DNA from: Octopus sinensis
Taxonomy: Eukaryota
Direction: 5' to 3'
Assembly (NCBI RefSeq): GCF_006345805.1
Contig: NC_043019.1
Coordinates: 25,791,360-25,855,359 of the forward strand
DNA length: 64,000 bases
The notes under the pieces were generated by a model, which was not told the origin of the DNA, did not search any database, and saw only the letters and a list, made by a program, of their open reading frames with translations. The position numbers were made by a program, and so were the translations under genes. This document shows positions 26,598 to 38,205 of this stretch, piece after piece. The stretch's first letter is position 1. Every line of letters starts with the position of its first letter.

Positions 26598-26997
26598 GGA
26601 GTAGCTTGCCTACCAACAACATCGTTCCGGGTTCATTCCCGCTGCATGGCACCTTGGGCAAGTGTGTCTAACTATAACCACGGGTCGACCAAAGCCATGT
26701 GAGTGGATTTGGTAGACAGAAACTGAAAGAAGCCCGTTGTATATATGTGTACATATATATATGTATGTGTGTGTATATATGTGTGTCTGTGTTTGTCCCT
26801 CGCGATCCCCAACATCGCTTGACAAGCGATGCTGGTGTGTTTACGTCCCTGTAACTTAGCGGTTCGGCAAAAGAGACCGATAGAATAATTACTAGGCTTA
26901 CAAAGAATAAGTCCTAGGACCAATTTGCTCGACTAAAGGCGGTGCTCCAGTAAGGCCGCAGTCAAATGACTGAAATAGGTAAAAGAGTAAAAGAGTA
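26598..26997 (+). mobile_element. SINE family A
   Basis: Same body and AAAGAGTAAAAGAGT tail as the other copies. Confidence 0.88.
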
Positions 26998-27893
26998 ATA
27001 TATATATACACACACAGACGTACAAACATACATATATGTACATATATATATACATATATATTTATATATATATATATGTATATCTGTATGTAGTACGTAT
27101 CTTGAATGTATGTATTTATGTATGTATCGATAATGTTTAAGATACTAGCGCGCTTTTAATTCGCTATAGAATATATGCATGTATATGTGTGTGTGTGTCT
27201 GAGTCTGTATGCTTATAAATGTATATTTGATTAAATATATATATAATGTGTGTGTCTGTGTGTGTGTGTGCATGCGTGCGACAAGATATATAGATGATAG
27301 TCATCTACTGCTAACATTTTTGAAATCTTTCTTTATATAAAGAACAACCAAATTTAAGTAGGATCATGACAACACGTAACTCAACACAAATCATCGCTGA
27401 CATAGAGTGATGTGCCTCGACAACATGAAACCATAGGTAACAGATTCATAGTTGTAAATTAGTTGAATGTATATTTGTGAGTGTATATATATATATATAT
27501 ATATATATGTAATAGATAGATAGACATAACGTTTATGTTATTAAAACTGCGTGACATAGAAACAATTAACACTGAGGCGAATCAAAATTGTGCACGCCGT
27601 TAATGGCTTATATTAATGCATAAAGAGGATGCATACAAGTGTGTGTGTGCGTGCATGTGTATGTGTGTATATATGTGTATGTGTGTGCGTGTAACCTTGC
27701 GTACGTTTGTCGAGTATGTCAGACAAAGAGAGAGGGAGAAAGAAAGGGAAGAGAGGGAGAGAGAATTGAAAGAAAGAGAGAGAGAAAGAAGGTTAATAGT
27801 TTATGAGATTACAAAGATTAAAGATAATTTGATAGATGAAAATGTTTCAGAATCGAAATGTCATATTTTTTTAGTGTACAACAGATATGTATG

Positions 27894-27942
<49 letters not shown>

Positions 27943-28257
27943 ATATATATATATATATATATATATATCTATATATATATATATATCTATATATATATAT
28001 CTATATATATATATATATATAGATCTAGATAGATAGATAGATAGATAGATATAGATAGATAGATAGGTAGATAGATAGATAGATAGAGTAGATAGATAGA
28101 TAGATAGATATTAGATAGATATAGATATAGATATAATACATATATATATATATACACATGTATATCTGTGTGTATGTGTGTGAGTGTATATATATATATA
28201 TGCATGTATGTATATGTATATATATATATGTGTGTGTGTGTGCATATGTATACATAT

Positions 28258-28313
<56 letters not shown>

Positions 28314-28463
28314 GGTATGTTGTATGTATGTATGTATGTATAGGTGTGGCTGTCTGGTAAGAAGCGTGCTTCCAGCCACATGGTTCCGGGTTCAGTCCCA
28401 CTGTATGACACCCTGGGCAAACATAAGAAGCCTGTCACATATATATATAATTATATATATGTG

Positions 28464-28502
<39 letters not shown>

Positions 28503-29149
28503 CATACGCACACACATTGGATATATATGAAAAATATGTCGTATATAATATCGCTGAGAAAAGGGGAATTTATTTATGTGTGTAAATAGGCGTAACCGGT
28601 GTTTGAGATGTTCGCTTGACAACCGCACCGTTCTTTGTCCAATTCCACTGAACAGCAGGCACTTATGGTGCCCGAAGCTCTCATCCTGTAGGATAGGATT
28701 GGCAGGAATCATCGAATCGCCAGTTCCATCCTTTCGGTTTGCAGTGATGAGGGAGCAGGAGAATGAGACTAGAGAAGGGTTGGGAACTGACAGGTTCCGT
28801 AAGAAACCAAAGTGGAGCAAAATATTGATCCACCCAAAAAGAAGCGAAGAAGGAGGATGAAATCTCTCTCAAAGAGTCTCCTACGACAACAGAGTTCTTG
28901 AATTTGATGATAATTTAAGGAGACACAAACACGCACCCACCTTAGCTTATTTGGTTTATTAATGAATCTAAAAGATGAACAGCCAAATACTTTGTTTATT
29001 GAGAATGAAATGCGAGACAACTGCCAAATACTTTGCATCTTCCATAGATGATAATAATCCCATCTGGTTGTTTCTATTCCACGTAGTCTATAACAACTTA
29101 GAGGTTATATTTATACGTGTGTGTATGTATGTATAATACATATATATAT

Positions 29150-29219
<70 letters not shown>

Positions 29220-29479
29220 TACACATTCAACCAATTTACAAATGAAATTATTGCCCGTTTTCATTTGTCGATATATGTATATCATTTGAAGGCCCAGTGT
29301 GAGCAATAAAGAATAGCATTCTATGTCGGCGACAGTCTGTGTTGAGTAATTAGTCCTCATGGACCTACGTAATTATGGGTGTATTTTCTAGGAATATATA
29401 TTTTTAAAAGTTTAGAAAGTGACTACCGTTGCGGTTTATTATTTAAGCTTACCTCCGTGATGTTTTGCATTTATAATAA

Positions 29480-29826
29480 AACTAGGCCGGGTCATAGTGT
29501 TAGTGTATGCATATACAGCTGCGTGTGTGCGCACATACATGTGAGTACTGTCCATATCTCCGACCAATCACACACAGCTAGCTGGCATTCAATTAGCGTA
29601 TCAAGTTTCGGGCATTTTGATTGGGTTTGGGATAGAAAATTCACCAAAAATCACTTCTATTGATTTTATAATGGCTTTGCGGGGTGACTGGGGAAATGTA
29701 AAGATGTGCACGACCACCCTTGGACGGTTTTAAATGACCATAGAAAATGCGAGCCTTCTAACTGAAAAATTGTGGATTTGTATAAAGGACACACACGCAG
29801 ACATTTTGCCGTTTATATATAGAGAT
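29480..29826 (+). mobile_element. Possible non-autonomous Helitron/Helentron-like (DINE-1-type) element
   Basis: Begins AACTAGG and ends CAGACATTTTGCCGTTTATATATAGAGAT, termini typical of such elements; non-coding; no second copy in the window. Confidence 0.35.
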
Positions 29827-29859
29827 AAATATATACAAATTATAGAAATAATTTTAAAA

Positions 29860-29942
29860 AATATACAGTTTCTACTTCGTGGATATCCACCTATCACGGG
29901 GTGTTTTGGAATGTAACGCCTGCGATAGTCGAGGGATTACTG
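29860..29942 (-). mobile_element. pogo/Tigger-like MITE end (single TIR)
   Basis: Minus strand TA|CAGTAATCCCTCGACTATCGCAGGCGTTACATTCC resembles pogo/Tigger TIRs and abuts a TA; the partner TIR was not found. Confidence 0.55.
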
Positions 29943-30014
29943 TATACATACATGCATACATACATACATACATACATACATACATACATACATACATACA
30001 TACATACATACATG

Positions 30015-30068
<54 letters not shown>

Positions 30069-30131
30069 TATGTGTGTGTGTGAATGTGTTTGCATCATGT
30101 GATATATGTGTGCGTACACACAGACACAGTC

Positions 30132-30162
<31 letters not shown>

Positions 30163-30249
30163 GGCCATGCTGGGGCACCACTGTAAGCTTGCAACAATTT
30201 TTCCCTACTTGAAACCTCCTCTTATACGTGCCATTTGGTAAGTGAAAGA

Positions 30250-30520
30250 GCTTGATCTTGGTTTCCGGGCGCGAGGTAGGTTTTTCCGGAAATCTAGAGA
30301 GGAAGAGATTTAGTTTTATTTTTAAAGCTACTTACATCCACCCCTTGTATACTTCTCGGGCTTTGCGGAAGGATATTGAACAGATGTGGGCCCTTGAAAC
30401 CCAAGTTTATTTAAGTTTATTTCACGACCCTTATACTTTGATAGTTTCTTGAGCTTCCTTCTGATGTCGTTTTAATCGGGATACCTCGAACTCCCTATCA
30501 GAGAAACATATAGTTTTTCC
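30250..30520 (-). mobile_element. CR1/L2-group LINE 3' fragment
   Basis: Minus translation KLGFQGPHLFNILPQSPRSIQGVDVSSFKNK...LFLSRFPEKP, similar to the 20304 fragment. Confidence 0.65.
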
Positions 30521-30979
30521 TCTATTGTTTTATAATGTTTTGCCTCGATCTCTCCCTGTCAATTTGGACCAGGCATCTCTGAGATGATTCTGGCTTGGTC
30601 GAGCCATCTTCGAGAAACTTTATAACATTTATCAGATTCTACGTCAAAGAGAAGCCATTTTTGGCCCGTAGGCATCATTGCTAATTCGATAATGTCTGTG
30701 AATATACTCGGAGTCTGCAGTGACTTGGCAATCGGAAATGATGGAGTCAGTCATTTCAATGTATCAATTATATAGTTTGTTCTTGAACTTTCAATTTTCA
30801 TTATTTTATTTCTGTAATTGCTTGTGGCAAGGCTCGGATCCTCTGCTGCTAAATATCAAAATCTTCCATTTCTTCTTTGAGCCCCGAGCTGTTCCGCCAT
30901 TGTTGGTTTTCACTCTATCTTAATTACTCTCTATCAAGTCTTGCAACGTTTCGGCCGCGGGAAAAATTTTATCAGTATT

Positions 30980-30999
30980 ATTATTGTTTATTATTATTG

Positions 31000-31052
<53 letters not shown>

Positions 31053-31120
31053 CATTATTGTTATTATTATTATTATTATTATTATTGTTGTTGTTGTTGT
31101 TGTTGCTGTTGTTATTATTA

Positions 31121-31153
<33 letters not shown>

Positions 31154-31200
31154 CATTGTTGTTGTTATTGTTATTATTGTTATTGTTATTATTATTATTG

Positions 31201-31254
<54 letters not shown>

Positions 31255-31391
31255 GTGTTATTATTATTATTGTTATTATTATTGTTGTTGTTGTTATTAT
31301 TATTATTATTATTGTTATTATTATTATTTTTATTATTATTATTATTGTTATTGTTATTATTGTTATTGTTATTATTATTATTATTATTATT

Positions 31392-31427
<36 letters not shown>

Positions 31428-31452
31428 ATTATTATTATTATTATTATTATCA
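30980..31452. repeat. (TTA)n/(TTG)n compound microsatellite
   Basis: Direct reading; source of the poly-L/I/Y ORFs. Confidence 0.95.
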
Positions 31453-31659
31453 TTATATTGGTATATATTAGAATTTCCTTCTGATCTTGTCGTTTGCGTG
31501 TTTCTTCTTAATCTTTTCTATTGTCTTATCCCTATCTAAATCTTTTTATATACGAAAAAAAAAATAACTTTAATGCTTTACATTATTCTTGATATATGTC
31601 TGCATATGTGTTTATACATACATGCACATATACATGCATGCATACATACAGTGTATGTA

Positions 31660-32405
31660 TGACATTATTCAGTTTGATTTCAAGATTTCTTGCCAATAAA
31701 GAACCGGTTTCTAACCTAGATCCAAAGCTCCTTCATTGGAATTTCAACAACATCAACAGTGTTTTTCGTATGTATGTATGTATGTATGTATGTATGTATG
31801 TATGTATGTATGTATGTATGTATGTATGTATGTATGCATGTATGTATGTATGTATGTATGTATGTATGTATGTATGTATGTATGTATGTATGTATGTATG
31901 TACGTACGTACGTATGTACACGTGCAGATTTGCATGTCTCCACATGCTCATATATGTTTAAATGATAAAATTCTGCAAAGTTTTACAGATTTTTACAGTT
32001 CCACTTACAGATTGGATCTGTAGTCTTCGAATCAGCTTTCTTCTTTCTGGTTTTGAGAAACCTAATTTCTCAAGATTGGTGTTTAGGCAGTGTGTTACAT
32101 ATCTCAATAATTACAGGTATAAACCTGAACTTGTAATCTGGATAGAGTAACTGCAAATTTCTCAATAGTTCAGCATAGGCGTTCTCTTTTCCCCTGATCT
32201 TCAGCTTTCTGGTAACATCCGCTGGGCAGCTAATTTCTACAACTGTACACAGTTTCTCTTCTCCATCCCAAATCATTATATCAGGTCTGTTGTGCTTACA
32301 TTTTACTGAGGTCTTCACTGGGACATTACACCAGTATTCTTTTTTATTATGAGTGGTTGAGGCTTCTACCATATTGTGGGTTCTTATTTCCTTGTTCTTA
32401 TACTT
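31660..32405 (-). mobile_element. 5'-truncated RLE-type LINE (endonuclease domain, 3' UTR with internal (TACA)n and a 110-bp terminal unit)
   Basis: HNRPDIMIWDGEEKLCTVVEISCPAD...[28 protein letters not shown] is a PD-(D/E)xK RLE motif; the same architecture occurs at 44810-45503. Confidence 0.85.
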
Positions 32406-33104
32406 ATGTATGTTATGTATGTATGTATATATGTATGTATGCATATGTGTATGTATATATATGTAAATAGAGAGAGAGAAAGAAGTTTTGTTTTCTCATT
32501 TTCCCATTATACTCATCATCTCCTTTCGCTTATTTCTAAGCACTGTCGTTACTGTGTACATTATCTATATATGTATCATGCCCCATCCTCCTTGCGTGCA
32601 CGTTAGGTATATTCCTTAAGTGTAAGGTTCTTGTCTTCCAATCCCTACTGTTAGTTTCCTGTTTGTTCTGTTGTAGTTTCTGATTCTGCCATCTATTATA
32701 TTATGTAATCTACAACTGTGGAGTATGTCATATTTATATCTAGAACCGCAATTCTAAGGCAGCGAACTGCCAAAAATTGTTAGCATGTCGCAGTGCAAAA
32801 TGCAGTAACGGGAAAAGGGACAAGTCAATTACATTAACCTCAGTGTTAAACTGGTATGTATTTTATGGAACCCGAAAGGATGAAGGGCAAAGTCAGCCTC
32901 GGCGGAATTTAAATTCGGAACGCAGAGACGGACGAAATATCTCGAAGCATTTTATCCGGTGTGCAAACGATCCTGCTAGCTCATTGCCTTATATTTGCCG
33001 GCTGAGTGGACTGGAGCAAGTGTCTTGCTCAAGGACACAACCTTTCGATCCTAACCACTGAGCCACACGTGTTCACAGGTCAGTATTTAATATTAACCTC
33101 CCTA

Positions 33105-33497
33105 AAGCCAGAGAACTGGCAGAATCGTTGGTTCGTCAAATAGCGGCATTTCGTCCGCCTTTACGTCTTAAGTTCAAACTCCGCTGCGGTTGATTTTGCC
33201 TTTCGTCATTTTGGTATCGATAAAATAAGTACCAGTTGAACACTGGAGTCGATGTAATCGACTCTCCTACTCCACTGAGCTTGCTGGCCTTGTGTCAAAA
33301 TTTGAAACCATATTGACCTCACTAAGGCGGGAAAAATGCTTACGGGCATTTCGTCCGTCTTTACGCTTTAAGTTCAAATTCCACCGTTCATCCTTTCGGG
33401 GTCGATAAAATAACGTACCAGTTAAGCACAGGGGTCGATGTGATCGACTGGCTCCCAGCCCACAAATTGCTGGCCTTGTGCCAAAATTTAAAACACA
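33105..33497 (+). mobile_element. Two tandem SINE B-variant copies bounded by a thrice-repeated 15-bp site
   Basis: ATATT(A/G)ACCTC(A/C)CTA at 33090, 33310 and 33497. Confidence 0.75.
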
Positions 33498-33832
33498 TAT
33501 TAACCTCACTACTACATAGTTTTTAAACTGAGTAATCTTATATATATTTTTACATACAATCGAATACGTCACGTTTTCTCGTATTAGCCTCACAACTACT
33601 ACGACTAATACTACTACTACTACTAGACTTTTTCTAATTTTCGCCATGTCTTCGGTGTGTTATAGTTTATCAGTTTTATCTCCCCTCTACGTATTGGCAT
33701 GGGAGACTGATTATTGATTATTGATGTCTATGTCTACAGTAACGGTTTTGGTTTTAGTTAATTGACGTCTTGGAGTAGCTTTGGTACATTTGTCTAGTCA
33801 CATACCAAACTTTTATGTATTGAATGAATATA

Positions 33833-33997
33833 TAGGCGCAAGAGTGGCTGTGTGGTAAGTAGCTTGCTTACCAACCACATGGTTCCGGGTTCATTCCCAC
33901 TGCGTGGTACCTTGGACAAGTGTTTTCTTCTATAGCCTCGGGCTGACCAAAGCCTTGTGAGTGGATTTGGTAGACAGAAACTGAAAGAAGCCCGTTG

Positions 33998-34060
<63 letters not shown>

Positions 34061-34289
34061 TGTGTGTGTGTGTGTGCGTGTGTGTGTATGTTTGTGTGTC
34101 TGTGTTTGTCCCCTCATCATCGCTTGACAACCGCTGGTGGTGTGTTTACGTCCCCTTAACTTGGCGGTTCTGCAAAAGAGACCGATAGAATAAGTACTAG
34201 GCTTCCAAAGAATAAGTCCTGCGGTCGATTTGATCGACTAAAGGCGGTACTCCAGCATGGCCGCAGTCAAGTAAAAGAGTAAAAGAGTA
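33833..34289 (+). mobile_element. SINE family A, full length
   Basis: Complete head, CORE-like block, internal (TG)n and tail. Confidence 0.92.
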
Positions 34290-34689
34290 TATGAACACTT
34301 TTAGTAGATTTTCTGATTGGTTAGAGTCTCTTGTAATGAAGTCGCGTCGTCTAGTGTTCGCAGTGGCGACAGTAAGGTTGTGGTTTCGCTTCCCGAACTT
34401 GGTGGTGTGTTGTGTTGTCGAGCACAGCACTTTATTCCACATTGTTCCATGCCACTCACTTGTAGATGAGTCAAAGAAGAAACTGGCACTCCGTCGGTTA
34501 CGACGATGAGCGTTGCAGTTGATCCAATCAATGAAAGAGCCTACTCGTGAAATTGACGTACAAGTGGTTGAGCATTCCGCAGACATGCGTACCCTTAATG
34601 TAGTTCTCAGGGAGATTCAGTGTGACACGGAATGCGGCAAGGTTGTCCCTTTGAAGTCCAGTTGCAAACCACTTTTGGGGTTTGCGTGA

Positions 34690-34798
34690 AGCCTAGTACT
34701 TATTCTATCACACGCTTTTGCCGAACTGCTAAGTTACGGGAGATATAAACATACCAGTATCGGCTGTCAAGCGATGTTGGGGTGGGACAAACACATAA

Positions 34799-34858
<60 letters not shown>

Positions 34859-35000
34859 ATATACGACGGGCTTCTTTCAGTTTCCGTCTACCAAATCCAC
34901 TCACAAGGCTTCGGTCTTCCCGAGGCTATAGAAGACACTTGCCCAAGGTGTCACGCGGTGGGATTGAACCCAGAACCACACAGTCACTCCTGCGCCTATG
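34690..35000 (-). mobile_element. SINE family A, inverted partial copy
   Basis: Reverse complement of the family A body and head. Confidence 0.85.
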
Positions 35001-35195
35001 AGCGCACATGTCGAGTATTTCTACACGCTAACTCTGCTGATATCAAATATTTCCAGTGAATCAATACATTACATATTAACTGAAAATTGATACGCAATGG
35101 TATCTTCTACAATACCGAATTCATTGGTTGTTGACCTCTACAGACACACAATCAATTCCAACAACTTTCCTGCTTCTCTGTAAATAAGCTCTTAC

Positions 35196-35393
35196 TCTCC
35201 TCCTAGAGTAACCAACTGGTTGTACAATATGGCTTTCTGTGTTGTTTGCCAGTAAGTGATACATCGACCTATATTTCGAGAGGAGAAGGTTTCCGTTGGT
35301 TTTATGTCGGAGAATGAGATTTATTTTCCTCCTCAGCAGTCGTTCAGGTATCGACGCTGAATGGTGCCACAGGCTTTGGCAGTTGTTTTCTTT
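35196..35393 (-). CDS. Candidate 198-nt phase-0 exon, unknown product
   Basis: Acceptor TTTCATTCTTTTCGTTACAG|, open frame KENNCQSLWHHSASIPERLLRRK...VGYSRRR, donor AGA|GTAAGA; no recognisable homology. Confidence 0.3.
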
Positions 35394-35487
35394 CTGTAAC
35401 GAAAAGAATGAAACTCTAAACAGGTGCATTTATACACAAACACATAAGAAGTCTTTCTCTCTCCATCTTCATTCACCCCACATATTC

Positions 35488-35642
<155 letters not shown>

Positions 35643-36078
35643 GTTCTTTATTGGCCACACAGGGCTGCACACAGATGGGACAAGTTACAAGGTAGAGCTT
35701 TTCTTTTGGGGGATGAAAAAAACAAAAAACAAAAGAAACAAAAAAAAGGAGTGGCGTAGGTTTTCGATCAAGAGAAGAAAAGAACAAAAAAAATAAAATT
35801 AAAAATTAAAAAATAAAAATATAGATAGATAGATAGATACATACATACATACATACATACATACATACATACATACATACATACACGTACATATATACAT
35901 ACATGTGTGTCTGTCTATGTAGATACATGGGGAGTTTTTTGCTTCATTTTTATAATCGCGAGAAGTTACAAAGTTCTGAAATTGACTTGACTGTAACTTC
36001 AGCCGATTAATAAACAAAAATCTATATATATATTTTCTTTTTTTTTTTTAGTTTTATTTCCCTGTTTGCATCACTAAA

Positions 36079-36109
<31 letters not shown>

Positions 36110-36214
36110 CTGTGTGTCTGTGTGTGTGTGCGTTTGAGTGCGCGTGTGTGCACGTGTGTGTATGCATGTATGTATGTATGTATCTACACGCAGGAAGAGA
36201 GAGAGAGAGACATG

Positions 36215-36245
<31 letters not shown>

Positions 36246-36663
36246 GTGTGTATGTATGTATGTATGTATGTATGTATGTATTATGTATGTATCTATGTAT
36301 GAATGTATGTATGTTTGCATGTATGTATGCATATGTGTGTACGACTGTGTCTGTGTATATGTTTATACATAGATATACTTATATATGAATGTGTCTATAT
36401 GTATGTATGTATGTATGTATACGCAAATAAAACATGTGAGATTTTCGGAAGGAAAACCAAAAAGGAAACAATTTATCAAAAATAATGCACAAAACATTTA
36501 AATTGAGTAATAATTTATGAAGAATTTTCATTAAAAAGTTCTTTATATATTTCACTAATTATTGACAGCTCCGAGCAATAAATCAGGTTCCATTCACACC
36601 GGAACACACGTTCCCACATAACCCATACACACACATGCGCGCGTTTACGTATATATTAATATA

Positions 36664-36696
<33 letters not shown>

Positions 36697-36703
36697 TTAT
36701 ATT

Positions 36704-36737
<34 letters not shown>

Positions 36738-37074
36738 TATATGTATATACATACAAATATGCATCTGTATTTCTCAATATCTTTTATGCATCGATTTTTC
36801 CTCATGTATGCAATATATGAGAACGTACTTATGTTTATGTCCGTGTGTATGTATGTATGCATGTATGTGTTTGTAAATGTGTACATGTATGTTTTTGCTT
36901 GTGTGTATGTATGTTTTATATATATATATATACACACACTATTGGCCTTTTCTCGATACTGTATAACCAGTAATGTAAGTACAAAGGTAGATGGGGAAAT
37001 TGAGTACGACATGTACCATACATAACATACATTCATACACATATGCACACATACATACATATACACACACACAT

Positions 37075-37121
<47 letters not shown>

Positions 37122-37236
37122 CATATATATGTATATACATCTATATGTATGTATGTATGGATGTATGTATGTATGTATGTATGTATGTATGTATGCATGC
37201 ATGTATGTATGTATGTATGTATGTATGTATGTATAT

Positions 37237-37276
37237 GGTGATAGATAAACGACATATTCTGGAGATAGGGAAAATG

Positions 37277-37319
<43 letters not shown>

Positions 37320-37323
37320 CGTG

Positions 37324-37364
<41 letters not shown>

Positions 37365-37480
37365 GTATGTATGCATGCATGTATGTGTATGTATGTATGT
37401 ATGCATGCATGTATGTATGTATGTATGTATGTATGTATATGGTGATAGATAAACGACATATTCTGGAGATAGGGAAAATG

Positions 37481-37529
<49 letters not shown>

Positions 37530-37534
37530 ATATG

Positions 37535-37581
<47 letters not shown>

Positions 37582-37678
37582 GTATGTATGCATGCATGTA
37601 TGTATGTATGTATGTATGTATGTATGTATGTATATGGTGAATAGATAAACTACATATTCTGGAGATAGGGAAAAATGT
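37237..37678. repeat. Three-copy ~200-bp minisatellite (42-bp unique core plus TA/TATG tracts)
   Basis: GGTGATAGATAAACGACATATTCTGGAGATAGGGAAAATG at 37237, 37441 and 37636. Confidence 0.95.
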
Positions 37679-37804
37679 TAATTGGTATTTGATTGAATTA
37701 ATCGATTCTGTGGTTCTTACAAATCATAAATCAAGTTATGGAGATCGAATAATAAATATTGATAAAACTTGGACATGTATCCGTCATTGAAACCAAACCT
37801 GCCG

Positions 37805-38062
37805 CTGTTGCTGTTGTTGTTATTGTCGTTGTCGTTGCTGCTGTCTATTGCTGCTGCTGCCACCTCTGCTACTGCTGCTGCTGCTGCTGTTGATGATGAT
37901 GATGATAATGATGATGATGACTACGTCGATGACGATGATGACGATGACGATGATTACGATGACGATGGTGATGATGGCGATGACGACGACGACAGTAATA
38001 ATGATGATAATGGTGATGACGATGATGATGATGATGATGATGATGATGACGATGATGATGAC

Positions 38063-38104
<42 letters not shown>

Positions 38105-38205
38105 GGCGATGATGAAGACGATGACGACGACTACGACGACGATGATGATGATGATGACGAGGACGATGACGACGACGACGATGATGATGATGATGACTAC
38201 AACCA
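37805..38205. repeat. Compound trinucleotide repeat (CTG/TTG, GCT, GAT/GAC)
   Basis: Direct reading; translates as a Leu/Ala run followed by poly-Asp. Confidence 0.9.
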
